Part shown: positions 1 through 12,951 of the stretch, in pieces
How the letters are laid out: each line of letters opens with the position of its first letter
Position numbering within the stretch: position 1 is the first letter of the stretch
The notes under the pieces: generated by a model
Told to the model about the DNA's origin: nothing
Database searches by the model: none
What the model saw: only the letters and a program-made list of their open reading frames with translations
Translations under genes and position numbers: made by a program
Origin: Octopus vulgaris
Taxonomy: Eukaryota
Length of the DNA stretch: 64,000 nucleotides
Reading direction: 5' to 3'
Assembly: GCA_951406725.2 (NCBI GenBank)
Contig: OX597823.1
Coordinates: 50,778,001 to 50,842,000 of the forward strand

Positions 1-176
1 GGTACAGGACATAAAAAAAACGTTGAACACAGTGAGAAACGAAAACATAAAAATAAAAACATAGAAACGAACTATTTTTGTTTTTGGAACAACGAAAAAA
101 ACAGAGAAATGAGACATGCAACAAAGAGTATTTCCCTTCTTCAGTTGTCTCTGTTTCATCTACTCCGTATTTCGGA
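1..176. repeat. Dispersed repeat (probable non-autonomous Penelope-related terminal repeat); other copies at ~1388-1640, ~3345-3485, ~29330-29510 and ~42440-42680
   Basis: GGTACAGGACA...CGTTGAACAC..TGAGAAACGAAAACATAAAA..AAAAACATAGAAACG...TTTCCCTTC.TCAGTTGTC matches 42512-42680. The upstream part of the family (ATATATGCATACATAC...GTACCTACAT) recurs at the other loci. The family assignment is inference. Confidence 0.6.
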
Positions 177-681
177 TATATATATATCTTGGGATGGTGC
201 ATAATTATTGCGGCTTTTTTTTCAATAAATTTTGTTCAACAAAAACAATAACAATATTAAATAAAAATATCGTTAAATGACGGTCTGGCCGTCTGCCAAG
301 CAAATAGGAAGCAATAATTGAAGAGGATCCACGAGTAAAAAATTGTAATTTGTGGGTCTGTATATAAATTTTGTTTAGTGGGAGAGGTGCCTGTATTTAT
401 TGAAATTTTCAAGATTTGTATTTGGTATTTATGTTACGATTATAACAAAATTGTTTCATTGTTAGTTTTTACTAACCTACAAGCAAATATTTTATTTCAA
501 ACATTTACATGTGCATATATGGGCTCCAGTGGTCCACAACCAAAATAAGTTTGGGAACCCCTGAACTAACCCTTCAAATTGGTTCCTCAAGCATGTTCAG
601 TGACTGAAACAAGTAACATACAAAAGAGGTACATAGATATATGTGCATATACATACATATATACATATGTATACACATACA

Positions 682-721
<40 letters not shown>

Positions 722-738
722 GACACACACACACATAC

Positions 739-834
739 ATACATATAAGAGGGATGACCTGTAAGTAGACATCCATTATGCTAGAAGATCCGCTATGGAT
801 GTCCACGTAGTGGTCATCCCTCTTATATGTATGT
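739..834. repeat. Short foldback (inverted repeat)
   Basis: CATACATATAAGAGGGATGACC pairs with GGTCATCCCTCTTATATGTATG. An inner GACATCCAT/ATGGATGTC pair is also present. Confidence 0.8.
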
Positions 835-1339
835 AATATAATTTTTTCTGAAACTTTAGATTTTTCAATAAGCTAGACCACTTGTTTTATATTGATACTA
901 ATCAAATTAATATTCAATTTTTCACCTTTATTATTTCATATATACATATTTGTAAACAAGAAGAGAGTGTAGATTTATTCACATCCAAAGCTTTTAAAAA
1001 AGTTTTCTACAGCATATATAACAATGACCGATATATGTTTCAATTGCAGCAACTACATATTGCTCTATATGCAATTATACATCTTAGTCGCCGCAGTTTC
1101 ATCAAGGGTCCATCACGTACGACATCTATACATACAAACATGCATACATACATTCACGCATTCACGCATACACACATACATAAGCTGAACTATATGTGTA
1201 TAAATGTATGTATACATATAAATGTATGTATATATATATATATATGCATACACACACACATACATATACATACATATGTATATATATATATATATATATA
1301 TGCATACATACACACACATACATATATATACATACATAC

Positions 1340-1389
<50 letters not shown>

Positions 1390-1459
1390 TGAACGGAGAC
1401 AAGAAGTGGAACGAACCGACAAATCGAAACGAACCTGACGCGGGGCGCTGTCAGACAAT

Positions 1460-1638
1460 AATGTGATAATTAAAAATATATGCATACATACAAACATATA
1501 TGTACGTACCTACATGTACATGTATATATACATGCATATATAAATAAATTTATTTATATATGCATGTATATATACATGTAGATGTAGGTACGTACATATA
1601 TGTTTGTATGTATGCATATATTTTTAATTATCACATTA
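1460..1638. repeat. Near-perfect palindrome (~90 bp arms) made from the dispersed repeat family above
   Basis: AATGTGATAATTAAAAATATATGCATACATACAAAC...TAAATAAAT is followed directly by its reverse complement, with the centre near 1549. Confidence 0.85.
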
Positions 1639-2700
1639 TATATATATATATATATATGTGTGTGTATGCATGTATACGTATGTATGTGCGTGCGTGTGTG
1701 TTTAGGTGTGTCTATATATGTATATCATTATTTAGTTCTATTTCAAGATTTCTTGAAATAGAGAAAAAGCCAGCTTCTAACCAAAATCCAAGGTTCCTTC
1801 ATTGGAATTTCAATATGAATAAGGTATTTTTGTATGTATGTATGTATGTATGTATGTATGTATGTATGTATGTATGCATGTATGCGTGCGTATTTATGTA
1901 TGTATGTATGTATGTATGTATGTATGTATGTATATATGTATGTGTGTGTATGTATGTATGTATGTAATGTATGCATGTATGTATGTATGTATGTATGTAT
2001 GTATGTATATATGTATGTATGTATGAACGAATGTCTTAGTCATTGTGTTGTACACAGCACTGTCAATTCTACCTAGTGAGAAAGAGAGAAGGAAGGAGGG
2101 AAAAAGAGGGAGAAAGTGTGTGTGTATGTGGTGTGTATGTGTGTGTGTGAGATATAGAAAGAAAGAGATAGACGGAGAAAGAAAAGAGGAGGCGAGGTTG
2201 AGAAGGAAAAATGAAAGTAAAAGCGATATGGAAGTCAATGTGTAATTGTGTGAATATGTGAGTGGGTATGAAGCAGAAAAAGATGAGTGATAGAGAAGAT
2301 GAAAGCGAAGTAAAAAGAACCCATGGAAAAGAAAAAAAAAATGAAATAATCACACTAATGGTTGATTGGCCTTTAGAATGGACATATACGGTCGCTAGTG
2401 AGATAGATGACCGGATAATACCACATTCACAGATAGCTGTTCGGACATCTCAGTAACATAATATTTATACACAAAAAAATAACATAGAGATACTACACAA
2501 TCGCACATCACACCGATAAACATGCACGCACACGCGTGCGCACATACATACACACGCATTTTTGTGTATGCAAACATGCATACCCATACATGTGTGTGTG
2601 CATGTGTGTAATGTTAATGATTGCTTTTTCGTTCAGTTATAATAACGACAATTTCCCATTGACCAGATGCGTCACTTTATACTTTTGAAGAGTACAAATT

Positions 2701-2818
2701 TATCATTCTTACACAAAAATATTATGGACCGTGATCTCGAAGCTTCGGTAAGTTAAGTCAACGCCGGGCAGTCCGACAAAAGTCTAACTGTCAAAACTTT
2801 GAAGTCACTTTCAATAAT
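2701..2818. repeat. Dispersed ~118 bp repeat; inverted copy at ~12006-12123
   Basis: TATCATTCTTACACAAAAATATTAT...GAAGCTTCGGTAAGTTAAGTCAA.GCCGGGCAGTCCGACAA...GAAGTCACTTTCAATAAT is the reverse complement of 12006-12123 with few differences. Confidence 0.85.
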
Positions 2819-2864
2819 ATTCTTGTTAGAGAATAATATATACATGTATACACACACACACACA

Positions 2865-2944
<80 letters not shown>

Positions 2945-4091
2945 ACAGTCAGAGTCAAAATCCATCGACAAGGTTGCAAAAGGGACGAAACTTTGGAAGA
3001 AGAAATATAAATAATGAGTGGGAATCGAGTGTGTTAGATAATAAGGCATAAAAAAATATGACTTTCCCCAGACAAGATAATATGCTTCAACACACGAATT
3101 CACAAAAAGAATCTTGGAAACCAGATACAAACACGAAGTATATATACACACACATATACATATACACACATACATACATTCAAATGTATCTGTTTGTATG
3201 TATGTATATATATATATGTACATATATGTATATGTATGTGTGTATATATATACATACATATATGTATATATGTATGTATACACATACATATATAAATATG
3301 TATATATATATATACAAACATATGTACATATATAATAACAATTTAACAAATAAAACATATGCATACATACATATATGTACATACCTACATCTATATATAT
3401 ATACATGTATATATATATATAAGAGTACAGGACACCACAAATAAACGTAGAACACAACGAGAAACGAAAACAAAAACAAACAAGGAAACACACACACACA
3501 CACACAACACGCAAAACTTACACATACGTATATGAATACATATATTACACAAGAAGTAACCAGCAGGTACTCCACATATATAAATACAGACATACACATA
3601 CTGCAACGACATGAAGCAAATGTACACACTTACCACAATGGCACAGGATATATACATACAAACTTCTCCATAAACCGAAACTAAAAAAAAATGTATATTT
3701 TATCGTTTGTGCATAACCTACATTATATTTTAGACAACGTGTTACCTACTGCGGCCAGAATTTTTATGTATACAATATATTTATTCTACAAAATGAACTG
3801 ATTTCTTTGTACTATATGTGCATTATACATATACGTACATACGTACATATATGCATACATACATACATACATACATACATACATACATACATACATACAT
3901 ACATACATACATACATACATACATACATACATACATACTTACAACCCACCCCTCGAATATATATATGGAGAGAGTGTGAGAAAGAGACATATATATATAT
4001 ATAAACATGTATTTATACGTTTGAATGTATACATGTGTGTGAATTTTGAAATTTATATGTATTATATATATATATTAATCACTCTCTCTCA

Positions 4092-4135
<44 letters not shown>

Positions 4136-4165
4136 GTATACATACATACATATACATATACATAC

Positions 4166-4224
<59 letters not shown>

Positions 4225-4626
4225 AATATATGTGCAGATACGTAGATATATTTACGAGCTATTAATATAGATATACAAAACTCGTGTAAAAGTGATAAAT
4301 AACTGATAATAATACACAAGTAGGATTATAAAGCAAAGAAGAAAGAAACATACAAATAAAACATGCAATCAGAAAAGCGAAAGTAGGTGACTGAAAAAAA
4401 AAAAGAAGAAATATAAAGCGAAGAAGCAATGATGAAAAAAAGGTGCATAAAGAAGAGACATGCACCAATGAAATAGAAGGGAAGCTTGCACACACACACA
4501 TACAAACACACACACACACACAAACATACACACACACAAACACACACACACACGCACACACGCACACACGCGCACGTTTGTATATATCTTCATAAATCAT
4601 ATGTATATTTATAATATACTTATAAT

Positions 4627-5175
4627 CGCAGGAGTGACTGTGTTGTAAGTAGCTTGCTTACCAACCACATGCGTGGCACCTTGGGCAAGTGTCTTCTACT
4701 TTAGCTTCGGACCGACCGAAGCCTTGTGAGTGGATTTATGAATTCTTCCTATAAATATATCTATATACAGGTAGAAGTCACAAAAAAAAACAAAACGAAA
4801 CACAAAGAAAGGTGGTGTAGACAACAAACAGATGTATTAGTATAACGCTCGGGAAGTGAAAAATTCTTTAACGTTTCGAGGCTACGCTCTTCCACAGAAA
4901 GGAACACAGAAAGAAACAAAGCGAGAAATTAAAGAATGTGTAGTGGCTAACGGTCTATCTTGGCGAGCGTGTGCGTGTATGATTGTGTGTCTGTGTTTGT
5001 CCCACTACCATCGCTTGACAACCGATTGTGGTGTGTTTACGTCCCCGTAACTTAACGATTCGGCAACAGAGAATGATAGAATAAGTACTAGGCTTACAAG
5101 GAATAAATCCTGGGGTCGATTTGTTCGACTAAAAGGCGGTGCTCCAACATGGCCGCAGTCAAATGACTGAAAGAA
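4627..5175 (+). mobile_element. tRNA-derived SINE, family A, interrupted by an HHR-bearing insert (~4765-4945)
   Basis: Head GGAGTGACTGTG..GTAAGTAGCTTGCTTACCAACCAC, body CCTTGGGCAAGTGTCTTCTAC, tail GGTGCTCCAACATGGCCGCAGTCAAATGACTGAAA. Many homologous copies occur in the window. Confidence 0.8.
4865..4902 (-). ncRNA. Minimal type I hammerhead-like motif, A6U variant family
   Basis: Minus strand reads CTTT-CTGTGGA-A-GAGC(GTAG)CCTC-GAAA-CGTT-AAAG. Confidence 0.55.
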
Positions 5176-5346
5176 AAATAGCTACATGTTCGTACGCGTG
5201 CGCGTGTTTGTTTATTATTTTAACGGTTTTCAAAAGTTGGAACACTAATGTACAGACTACATATACATACATACATACATACATACACACATACACACAC
5301 ATATATATATATATAATACACACACACACACATATATATACACACA

Positions 5347-5384
<38 letters not shown>

Positions 5385-5402
5385 TATATATATACATAGG
5401 CA

Positions 5403-5712
5403 CAGGCGTGGATGTGTGGTAAGAAGCTTGCTTCCCAACCACATGGTTGAGTCCCACTGCGTGGCACCTTGGACAAGTGTCTTCTTCTATATATTTGTGT
5501 GTGTGTGTCTGTCTCTCTTTCATCACTTGCCAACCGATGCTGGAGTGTTTACGTCCCAGTAGATTAACGGTCCGGCAAAGGAGACCGATAGAATAGCTAT
5601 TAGGATTACAAAGAGTAAGTCGTGGTATCGATTTCTTCAACGAAAACCCTTTTAGGCGGTGCTCCAGCAGTCAAATGACTCGACCAGTCACATGATTGAA
5701 ACAAGAGAATAA
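5403..5712 (+). mobile_element. SINE family A copy (internally deleted)
   Basis: Same head, body and tail motifs as the other family A copies. Confidence 0.75.
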
Positions 5713-5745
5713 ATGAATAAACCCCCCCCCATTATTTATTTTCCA

Positions 5746-7090
5746 CCAGGCCCCTCTAAACTTCTCTTCACTCTTGACATCAAGAGCCTATACACGGTGA
5801 TCCGAAGAGGGGCCATGGGTACGAGAATGGGCCCAAATATTCTCAAGTTTCCCCGGTGCCACTCTTGAACTATACGGTTGTTATATTGACGATTGTATCG
5901 GTGCGACCTCACTCTCTCGTGAACATCTAGACTCCTTCCTCTCTTTTCTCAAATATTTCCATCTTGCCCTCCATTTCTGCATTATTCCCGACACTTCGGT
6001 CGCCTTTCTTGACATTTCGGTCAGCATTCATCACTCCACTCTCACCACCTCCATCCACTACAAACACATAGACTCACACTCATACCTCAACTTCTCATCC
6101 TCCCACCCTAAACACACCAAGCTCTCCATCCCCTATTCCCAATTCCTCCGTCTACGCAGGCTCTAGCAGTGACGACCATGACTCATGGCTCTCCACTTCA
6201 TCCTACGTGGATATCTCCTCACCACTATCCACATCGCCCTTGCCAGAGCACGTTCTGTGAACCGTGCATCTGTTCTCTCCTTCCGCACCCGCTCCGCCAT
6301 CACCCGTCTCCCGTTTCCCCTCACCTACCACCCCACCAACCTACCTCTCCAATGCACCCTTTTCCGAGCCTTCCGGTGACTACAGTCCGACCCCCCACTT
6401 CGCACATCTTTCCTAACCAACCCCTCCCCTCCTTCAAATGAGCCCACAACCTACGAGACCTTTTGATCACAGCTTTTTCCCTAACCCAACCTCCCATTCC
6501 GTCTCGTTCCCCTGCTCCCGCCCACGCTGCCGCACTTGTCCTTACCTCTCCAATACCACCCTCCTCACAGGCACCCAACATTGACCCTATCATATCACTG
6601 ACCCCTTCACCTGCACTTCTAGCAACGTCATCTACTGCATCTCCTGCTCTCTCTGTTCTTTTCTATACATTGGTAAAACAGGACGCCGCTTGGCTGACCG
6701 GTTCGCGGAACACCTCCGAGACATCAGACTCGGCAACGACACTCCGGTTTCGCGCTATTTCCGCTCTACAGGTCATTCTATACTACACCTGTCTGTGTTC
6801 GGACTGTCCTTGCATAAGGGCCATCCGGACTCCCGTCTTCGCAGTGATTAATCTTCTCTCTTTGCTCCTTTGCGCCCCATGGACTCAACTCTCCTCCTCC
6901 TCTTCATCTAACTCTCCTCCTTTCTCCTCTCTCCCTCTCACACGTACTCCCTCCCACCTCTCCTCTCTTGCTCTGACATATACTTCATCTCTTCACTCCT
7001 ACCACTCCTCGCCCTTCATCATCACCCCTCCCTCGTTACCCAACCCTTACACATTCCAACCCCACCATCCCTATACATCCCTTTTCTATC
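5746..7090 (+). mobile_element. Penelope-like retroelement remnant: RT C-terminal part, GIY-YIG endonuclease and pyrimidine-rich 3' region (frameshifted)
   Basis: Translations LLFTLDIKSLYT, AMGTRMGP, YIDDCIG, VAFLDISV, IHYKHIDSHSYLNFSSSHPKHTKLSIPYSQFLRLRRL, then CTSSNVIYCISCSLCSFLYIGKTGRRLADRFAEHLRDIR (GIY-YIG). Confidence 0.92.
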
Positions 7091-7189
7091 TCTGTATCTG
7101 TCTGTCTCTCTCTCTATCTATGTATCTTTCTATATCTATCTTATTTGTCTAACTAGCTAGCTCTCTCTCTCTCCCCTTCTCTCTATATC

Positions 7190-8594
7190 TCACTCACTCT
7201 ATATTGTTTCCACTTTCATTTTTCAGACCCTATTGTTTTCACTTTAAGTTCAATCGCTTTGTTTTCAATCACTATTTACAAACAACAACGACAAATTACT
7301 GACAGAGAGAAGTTCACAATTGCTGATGAAAGTAATTTCATACATAATCTACTGACAGAAGTAACTTCATAAATTTTACTTCAATCCGTATGCTTCGTTA
7401 GATTTGCCTACACATTTCTTATTTACTTATGAAACGTTTTATTTTTTGTTGACGGAATTACTGATAAAAGAAAGTTCATGATTTACTTGCAGAAATAACT
7501 TTGATAAATTCACTTAAATCCGTACTCTTAGTAAATTTCCCTAAAAATTTCTTATTTACTTTTGTAACGGTTTTGTGTTTTTCTGTTGTTAACGGCTTTT
7601 TTCTGGTTCCTTCGATACTGGGTCTTTGGTTCACTAAATCAAAAAATTCGCTTCAACCCGTACAATTGTTTATTTTCGGTAAAACTTTCTTATTTACTTT
7701 CTGTCCGTCGTATTAAGAAATGTAATTTCCGTTACCCAGTTATTTTCCTTGTTTACTATCTTCGGCACCCGTGTACTTCTGCATACGTATATAACCATGC
7801 CTAGAAGGAAAGTGTCAAATTTGTCTACAATGTCAAGGTCAACCAAAAGAATGTCTCTGCCTAGGGAAAGAGAGACAGCCGCAGAAAGAGAAGCATACCA
7901 AGAAACGAACAGACTGTGCACTACAAAAACCAGAACACCTCAAAAGTGATGCACAGAGGTATGCACGGCTGACAATGAAAAAGATCTCCACTGCAGAACT
8001 AAGAGCAGTTGCAACAGCTCGGAGAAGCAAATTTTATGAAGCAGCTTTCCATTATGATTCGGCAGTTCATTATGCAGATGACACTAGAGTTTCCATTGGT
8101 GCAATTATAACTGAGGACATACATTGTAAAGCAATGGTGAAAATGTTAAACTCTCGGCAATCCTCGAACCTCCAGAGCTATTGAAGAAACTGTTGTCAAC
8201 AGCTGAACAAGATTCCAAGCACTTTCAAAACAAAATTAGGCAATACAACGCTGCACTACAGATGACATCATATGGAGCCAAAAGAGATTTAAGTGAGTCA
8301 GGATTCAGGCAAAAATTTCAAGATCCAAGGTCAGATTTATCATCGGATTGGCTCTCTACTACCTCTGTCAAACGAATCACCGAAATTGGCCTTTCATTGT
8401 TTATAATCTGCAATTGCTTTTTTTTTGTTACTAAATAAGCTACCACAAAACGTACTTTTGAAATATGGTTGGGGAGCTATTAATATAGGGAGTTGGTATC
8501 TCAGCTACCAGCAGTTGAAACCTGCGTAATCTTAACGGCGTTTTAAAATTTCACTATTCTCTTTAACTCGGGCAACGCCGGGTATATCTGCTAG
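7190..8594 (+). mobile_element. Non-autonomous or internally deleted Helitron (Rep/Hel N-terminal fragment and 3' terminus); 5' end uncertain
   Basis: Frameshifted translation EAAFHYD...VSIGA..., PPELLKKLL...SKHFQNKIRQYNAALQMTSYGA...FKIQGQIYHRIGSLLP, typical of Helitron RepHel. It ends in the GC-rich hairpin CGGGCAACGCCGGG followed by CTAG (8591-8594) and then T. Confidence 0.85.
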
Positions 8595-8982
8595 TATATA
8601 TATACACTACCGTCAGAAATTAATTAGCACCCTTGATTTGCTCTTCACTCAAGGTATTTGCTGTCACCTAGTGGCCATATCTCGAACTATTGCTTTGTTG
8701 TGAGTTCACTGTTGTGCAGAACGATGACGTAACTTTGTTTGCAGAGCAGTTTGAGAGTCTACAGCCTAATGATGTGGACATAGCAGTGCAACAACAACTT
8801 GGAGTGCGGATGCAGACAAATCTTCCTTTGTTTAATAGATATAGGTAGCGCCTCGCAAGGACCGAAATCACACCGTACTAAGTTTTCTCATCGCGTAAGA
8901 CGTTTTGAACAGCTCGTAGGTTAATTGATTTGTGTATTTGCAAGATGTTTTTTCCTCACAAATTCTCCTACACTCTGCTTGA

Positions 8983-8997
8983 TGACGTCACTTCCGG
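8983..8997 (-). promoter_or_regulatory. Overlapping ETS/CRE composite motif in the Tc1 5' region
   Basis: TGACGTCACTTCCGG, reverse complement CCGGAAGTGACGTCA, lies about 160 bp upstream of the transposase ATG. Confidence 0.5.
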
Positions 8998-9156
8998 TTC
9001 AGAAAACTTTCTGTTATACATCAAATAAGGTGAGAAATTCTGCTTTCTTTCTTTTTTGTTTAATGAATAATAACTCATAGCAGTTTTGTTATAGCATAAC
9101 ATTATTCAAATGAATAGTTTTAATGAAAATAACTGGTTTTTATCGTTCATTCCTAG

Positions 9157-10122
9157 ATGGGCCCAGGACCTCGCATGACCTTGGAGAGACGGTACGAGGC
9201 TCTCTCGTGGCGTGGGAAGCTGTCGGAGGCTGCAATAGCCAGAAAACTTGGTGTAGCCAGGCGCACAATTCAGTGCTTATTTAAGAAATACGAGGAAACC
9301 AGATCAGCAGCTGACAAAAAGGGTAGGGGACGGAAGAGGCTGACGACCCAGCAGGAGGACCGGATGCTGATCCGAAAGTCTCTGTACAACCGAAGGGCAA
9401 CGAGCCGGCAACTGGCGGAGGAAATGCAAAAGATGACAGGGAAGCAGTTGTCTACAACCACCGTCAAGACCAGATTACTGGAAGCCGCTCCTTACAGCCC
9501 AAAACCGGAAGAGGCGGCTGCTCTGGGCCCGTGCCCACAAGACATGGACCGTGCAGCAGTGGCAGACAGTGATGTTCACTGACGAGTCGCGATTCAGTCT
9601 CGTCAGTGACAAGCCTGTCCATGTGCGACGCTGCAGGGGTGAGCGCTTCAACAAAGACTGCATTGCTCCCACCATGAAGCATGGTGGGGGTGGTCTGATG
9701 GTGTGAGGGGCGTTCAGCTACAGTGGTGTTGGGCGGCTCTATGCCGTCGAAGGCAACATCAACGCAGCAAAGTACGTTGAGATAGTACGGGATACCTCTT
9801 TGGTGGCGAGGAGTACGTGCTCCAGCAGGACAACGCGCCTTCCCACACAGCCAAGCTCACAACCGGTTTCTTCAAGGACCATGGGGTGACGGTCATGGAC
9901 TGACCTGGCCAGTCACCTGACCTGAACCCTATTGAGAACCTCTGGAGTCGATTGGGTAGGGATTTGAATGTGCAGCAATACAGGAACCGACACGAGCTGT
10001 TTGGGGCACTTCTTGCTGCATGGAGGGCCATCCCTGCACAGTACCTGCAGGCACTCATAGACAGCATGCCGACCTGCGTAGCAGCTGTCATTGCTGCCAA
10101 AGGAGGAGCAACAAGATATTGA
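9157..10122 (+). pseudogene. Tc1 transposase pseudogene
   Basis: HTH region (SEAAIARKLGVARRTIQ, GRGRKRLTTQQEDR), MFTDESRF, HGGGGLMV*G, QQDNAPSH...SPDLNPIENLW with 34 residues between D and E. There is a frameshift near 9490 and TGA stops at 9704 and 9901. Confidence 0.93.
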
Positions 10123-10280
10123 CTAAATTTCACGATTAATAACAATTATGTGGTGTGCTGGGATATGTTTTAATACATTTTTGATTAAAAACGAGTTCGT
10201 TTCTGATAATAAGTTAATTAAATTAAGAAAATGTAAGAAAATGTAGAAATTTGAGAAGTGCTAATTAATTTCCGACGCAA

Positions 10281-10324
<44 letters not shown>

Positions 10325-10350
10325 GTGTGTGTGATTGTGTATAGAAGAAT

Positions 10351-10586
10351 ATATTAATAAAAAGAATTCCAACCTTGTCTGATTTTCACGTTTTATTTAC
10401 ATAGAAGAATCCGAAGATTGCAGAATTCAATGCATGAAAGTACTAGTTCAATCAGAATGAATATTTAACATTCTACTATTTCATTTTATTTTATTCAATT
10501 ATAATATATTATCTTATAATATATCATTATAAGATTGTAAATAAAACGTGAAAATCAGACAAGGTTGGAATTCTTTTTATTAATAT
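10351..10586. repeat. ~50 bp inverted arms enclosing a degenerate hammerhead motif (10407-10449)
   Basis: ATATTAATAAAAAGAATTCCAACCTTGTCTGATTTTCACGTTTTATTTACA has its reverse complement at 10536-10586. Inside lies GAAT-CCGAAGA-T-TGCA..TGCA-T-GAAA-GTAC-TA-GTTC, homologous to 18440-18479. Confidence 0.7.
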
Positions 10587-10596
10587 ATATATATAT

Positions 10597-10806
10597 CGCC
10601 ATGTTGATTCGTTAGCTACTGCACGCATTTTTTTTCTCTCCTTCTTTCTGTGTTTTTTTTCTCTCTGTGTATCTTTCTGTTGAAGAGCGTAGGCTTGAAA
10701 CGTTAAAGACTTGTTTTATTTATATTTCCTGAGCGCCATACTAATACAATTGTTCGTTTGTTTTCCACCTGCCTTCGTCTTTTGTTTATTTTCATAAAGC
10801 TTCCCG

Positions 10807-10810
<4 letters not shown>
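10597..10810 (+). mobile_element. HHR-bearing Penelope-type terminal-repeat fragment (HHR at 10672-10709); almost identical inverted copy at 37117-37327
   Basis: TCTTT-CTGTTGA-A-GAGC(GTAG)GCTT-GAAA-CGTT-AAAGA, flanked by (TA)n. Confidence 0.7.
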
Positions 10811-10863
<53 letters not shown>

Positions 10864-10979
10864 CATACTAGTGATTCCAGCTTGCAACAGCAACTTTATG
10901 GAATCGTACCGAGTTGTGCCGATATAATGTAGAATAAATGTAGTAGTAATAATAATGATGATATAAAAAAAAATAATAA

Positions 10980-11020
<41 letters not shown>

Positions 11021-11524
11021 TAATGATAATAATATTAATAATCCAAGGATGGAATATATAAATATTTTAATGTATCACTACGCCCGTTTCCAAAATCACA
11101 TGTATTTATGACCGTAATCCGCATTCCTAGGATGATTACTATACAATTAGTAATATTCATGGATATCAGGTGAGTCTTTGTTCATGTGTTCATTTCTCCA
11201 GATGATATAGCATTAAAGTTGGAAGTGAAAAGGATTATTTTATTATCAATTATTTATAGGTGTATTGTTTTGAGTTCACATAAACAAATCCGTACTTTAT
11301 GATATAGTTCGTAGCGCCTATCTTAGAACAGATTACAACAAAGCTTGCATTTCTTTTAGTTCCATACAAATATAACCAAGTGCATGTATGTCATTTAGTT
11401 ATTCGTTTCTTCTGAAATATCTGTCGTTTTTACAAGAGAAATTATTTTTGCATGTAAAAGTTTTGCACTGCAGTGTAATTATCGTTTTAATACTTGTTTT
11501 ATAAATTCTGGACACCCTTCCATA

Positions 11525-12195
11525 TCTTTTATCTTTTACTGGTTTTAATCATTGGACTGCTGCCATGCAGAGGCACTGACTTGAAGGGTTTTATTCGAAC
11601 AAATCGGAACCAGTATTTATGTTTCTTAAAGCTCAGTACTCAATATATCGACCTCTAGTGTTGAACTGCCAAACCAAGGGGTTGAAAACAAATCAACATT
11701 GCCAGACAAACAGTGGTGGGAGACAAACACGCATACGCAAAAAACATATATCTATACACACAGATACTAACACATACATACATACATACATACATACATA
11801 CATACATACATACATACATACATACATACATACATACATACATACATACATACATGCATACATACATACACATATACACTACGTGCTTTCAGCTTCCAGT
11901 TTCAGTCAACCAAATCCACTCACAAAGCTTTGGTCGGCCTAGGGCTATAGTAGAAGTAGTGTGTGTGTGTGTGTTTGTGTGTGTGTGTCTGTGTACACAT
12001 GTATATTATTGAAAGTGACTTCGAAGTTTTGCCAGTTAGACCTTTGTCGGACTGCCCGGCATTGACTTAACTTACCGAAGCTTCGAGATCACAGTCTATA
12101 ATATTTTTGTGTAAGAATGATAAACCGAGGTGCCATGCAGTGAGACTGAACTCGGAACCATATGGTTGTGAAGCAAACTTCTTTCTTACCACTCG
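11525..12195 (-). mobile_element. SINE family A copy with internal microsatellite and an inserted 118 bp repeat
   Basis: Tail complement at 11525-11600, body TTTCAGTCAACCAAATCCACTCACAAAGCTTTGGTCGG, head complement at 12126-12195. Confidence 0.7.
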
Positions 12196-12512
12196 TCGGC
12201 GCCATAGAATTTATTTCTTGTGAATCATTCAAAGATATATATGGTCTGTGAGATATTGTTTTAGCAAAATCTTGATATTCTATAAATAAATTTATATTCT
12301 ATAAATTACGTTATTTGTTGGTTTATTGTTCATGTCAATATTTACCTTCACGCCAGCAACAATGCACAGATTCCCTGGAGCTTATTTCCTTTGGTCCATA
12401 TTTCATTTTACAATTTCTTTTCGCACAGTGCTGAGTTGAGAGTAAGTTTCGGAGGTAGAATTGGTTCTCAGCGCAGGTTTTTACCGTAAACCCAATCTTT
12501 AATATATTCAGA

Positions 12513-12543
<31 letters not shown>

Positions 12544-12684
12544 TGTATGTATGTATGTATGTATGTATGTATGTATGTATGTATGTATGTAGGAATGTAT
12601 ATATGTATGTATGTATGTATGCATGAATGTGTGTGTATGTAAACAGAGATGAAATAGAGACAGACAGATGCATACATACATATA

Positions 12685-12716
<32 letters not shown>

Positions 12717-12717
12717 G

Positions 12718-12749
<32 letters not shown>

Positions 12750-12857
12750 TATATAAACATACGCACATATATATGTATGTATACATATATATATAATACA
12801 CATATATATGGTTATATATATATAATTATATATATGTATACCTAAAAACGTAACATG

Positions 12858-12951
<94 letters not shown>

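Larger units (their letters stand above)
8605..10283 (+). mobile_element. Tc1-family DNA transposon (DD34E), near full length, 26 bp TIRs, TA flanks
   Basis: Left TIR CACTACCGTCAGAAATTAATTAGCAC (8605-8630) and right TIR GTGCTAATTAATTTCCGACGCAAGTG (10258-10283) match at 23/26 positions. TA is present on both sides. Confidence 0.95.

Noticed and set aside
579-4600. Many long ORFs rich in Y/I/H/T/C/V/M, here and throughout the window
   Set aside because: They are translations of (TA)n, (CA)n and (TACA)n microsatellites, which lack stop codons by construction.
6463-7152. 229 aa Ser/Pro-rich ORF
   Set aside because: It is an off-frame reading of the Penelope GIY-YIG region plus the pyrimidine-rich 3' tract.
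9704-9903. Both in-frame stops of the Tc1 transposase are TGA at conserved Trp codons, so A-to-I editing could in principle repair them
   Set aside because: TGG to TGA is a common transition, and frameshifts and deletions would still inactivate the ORF.
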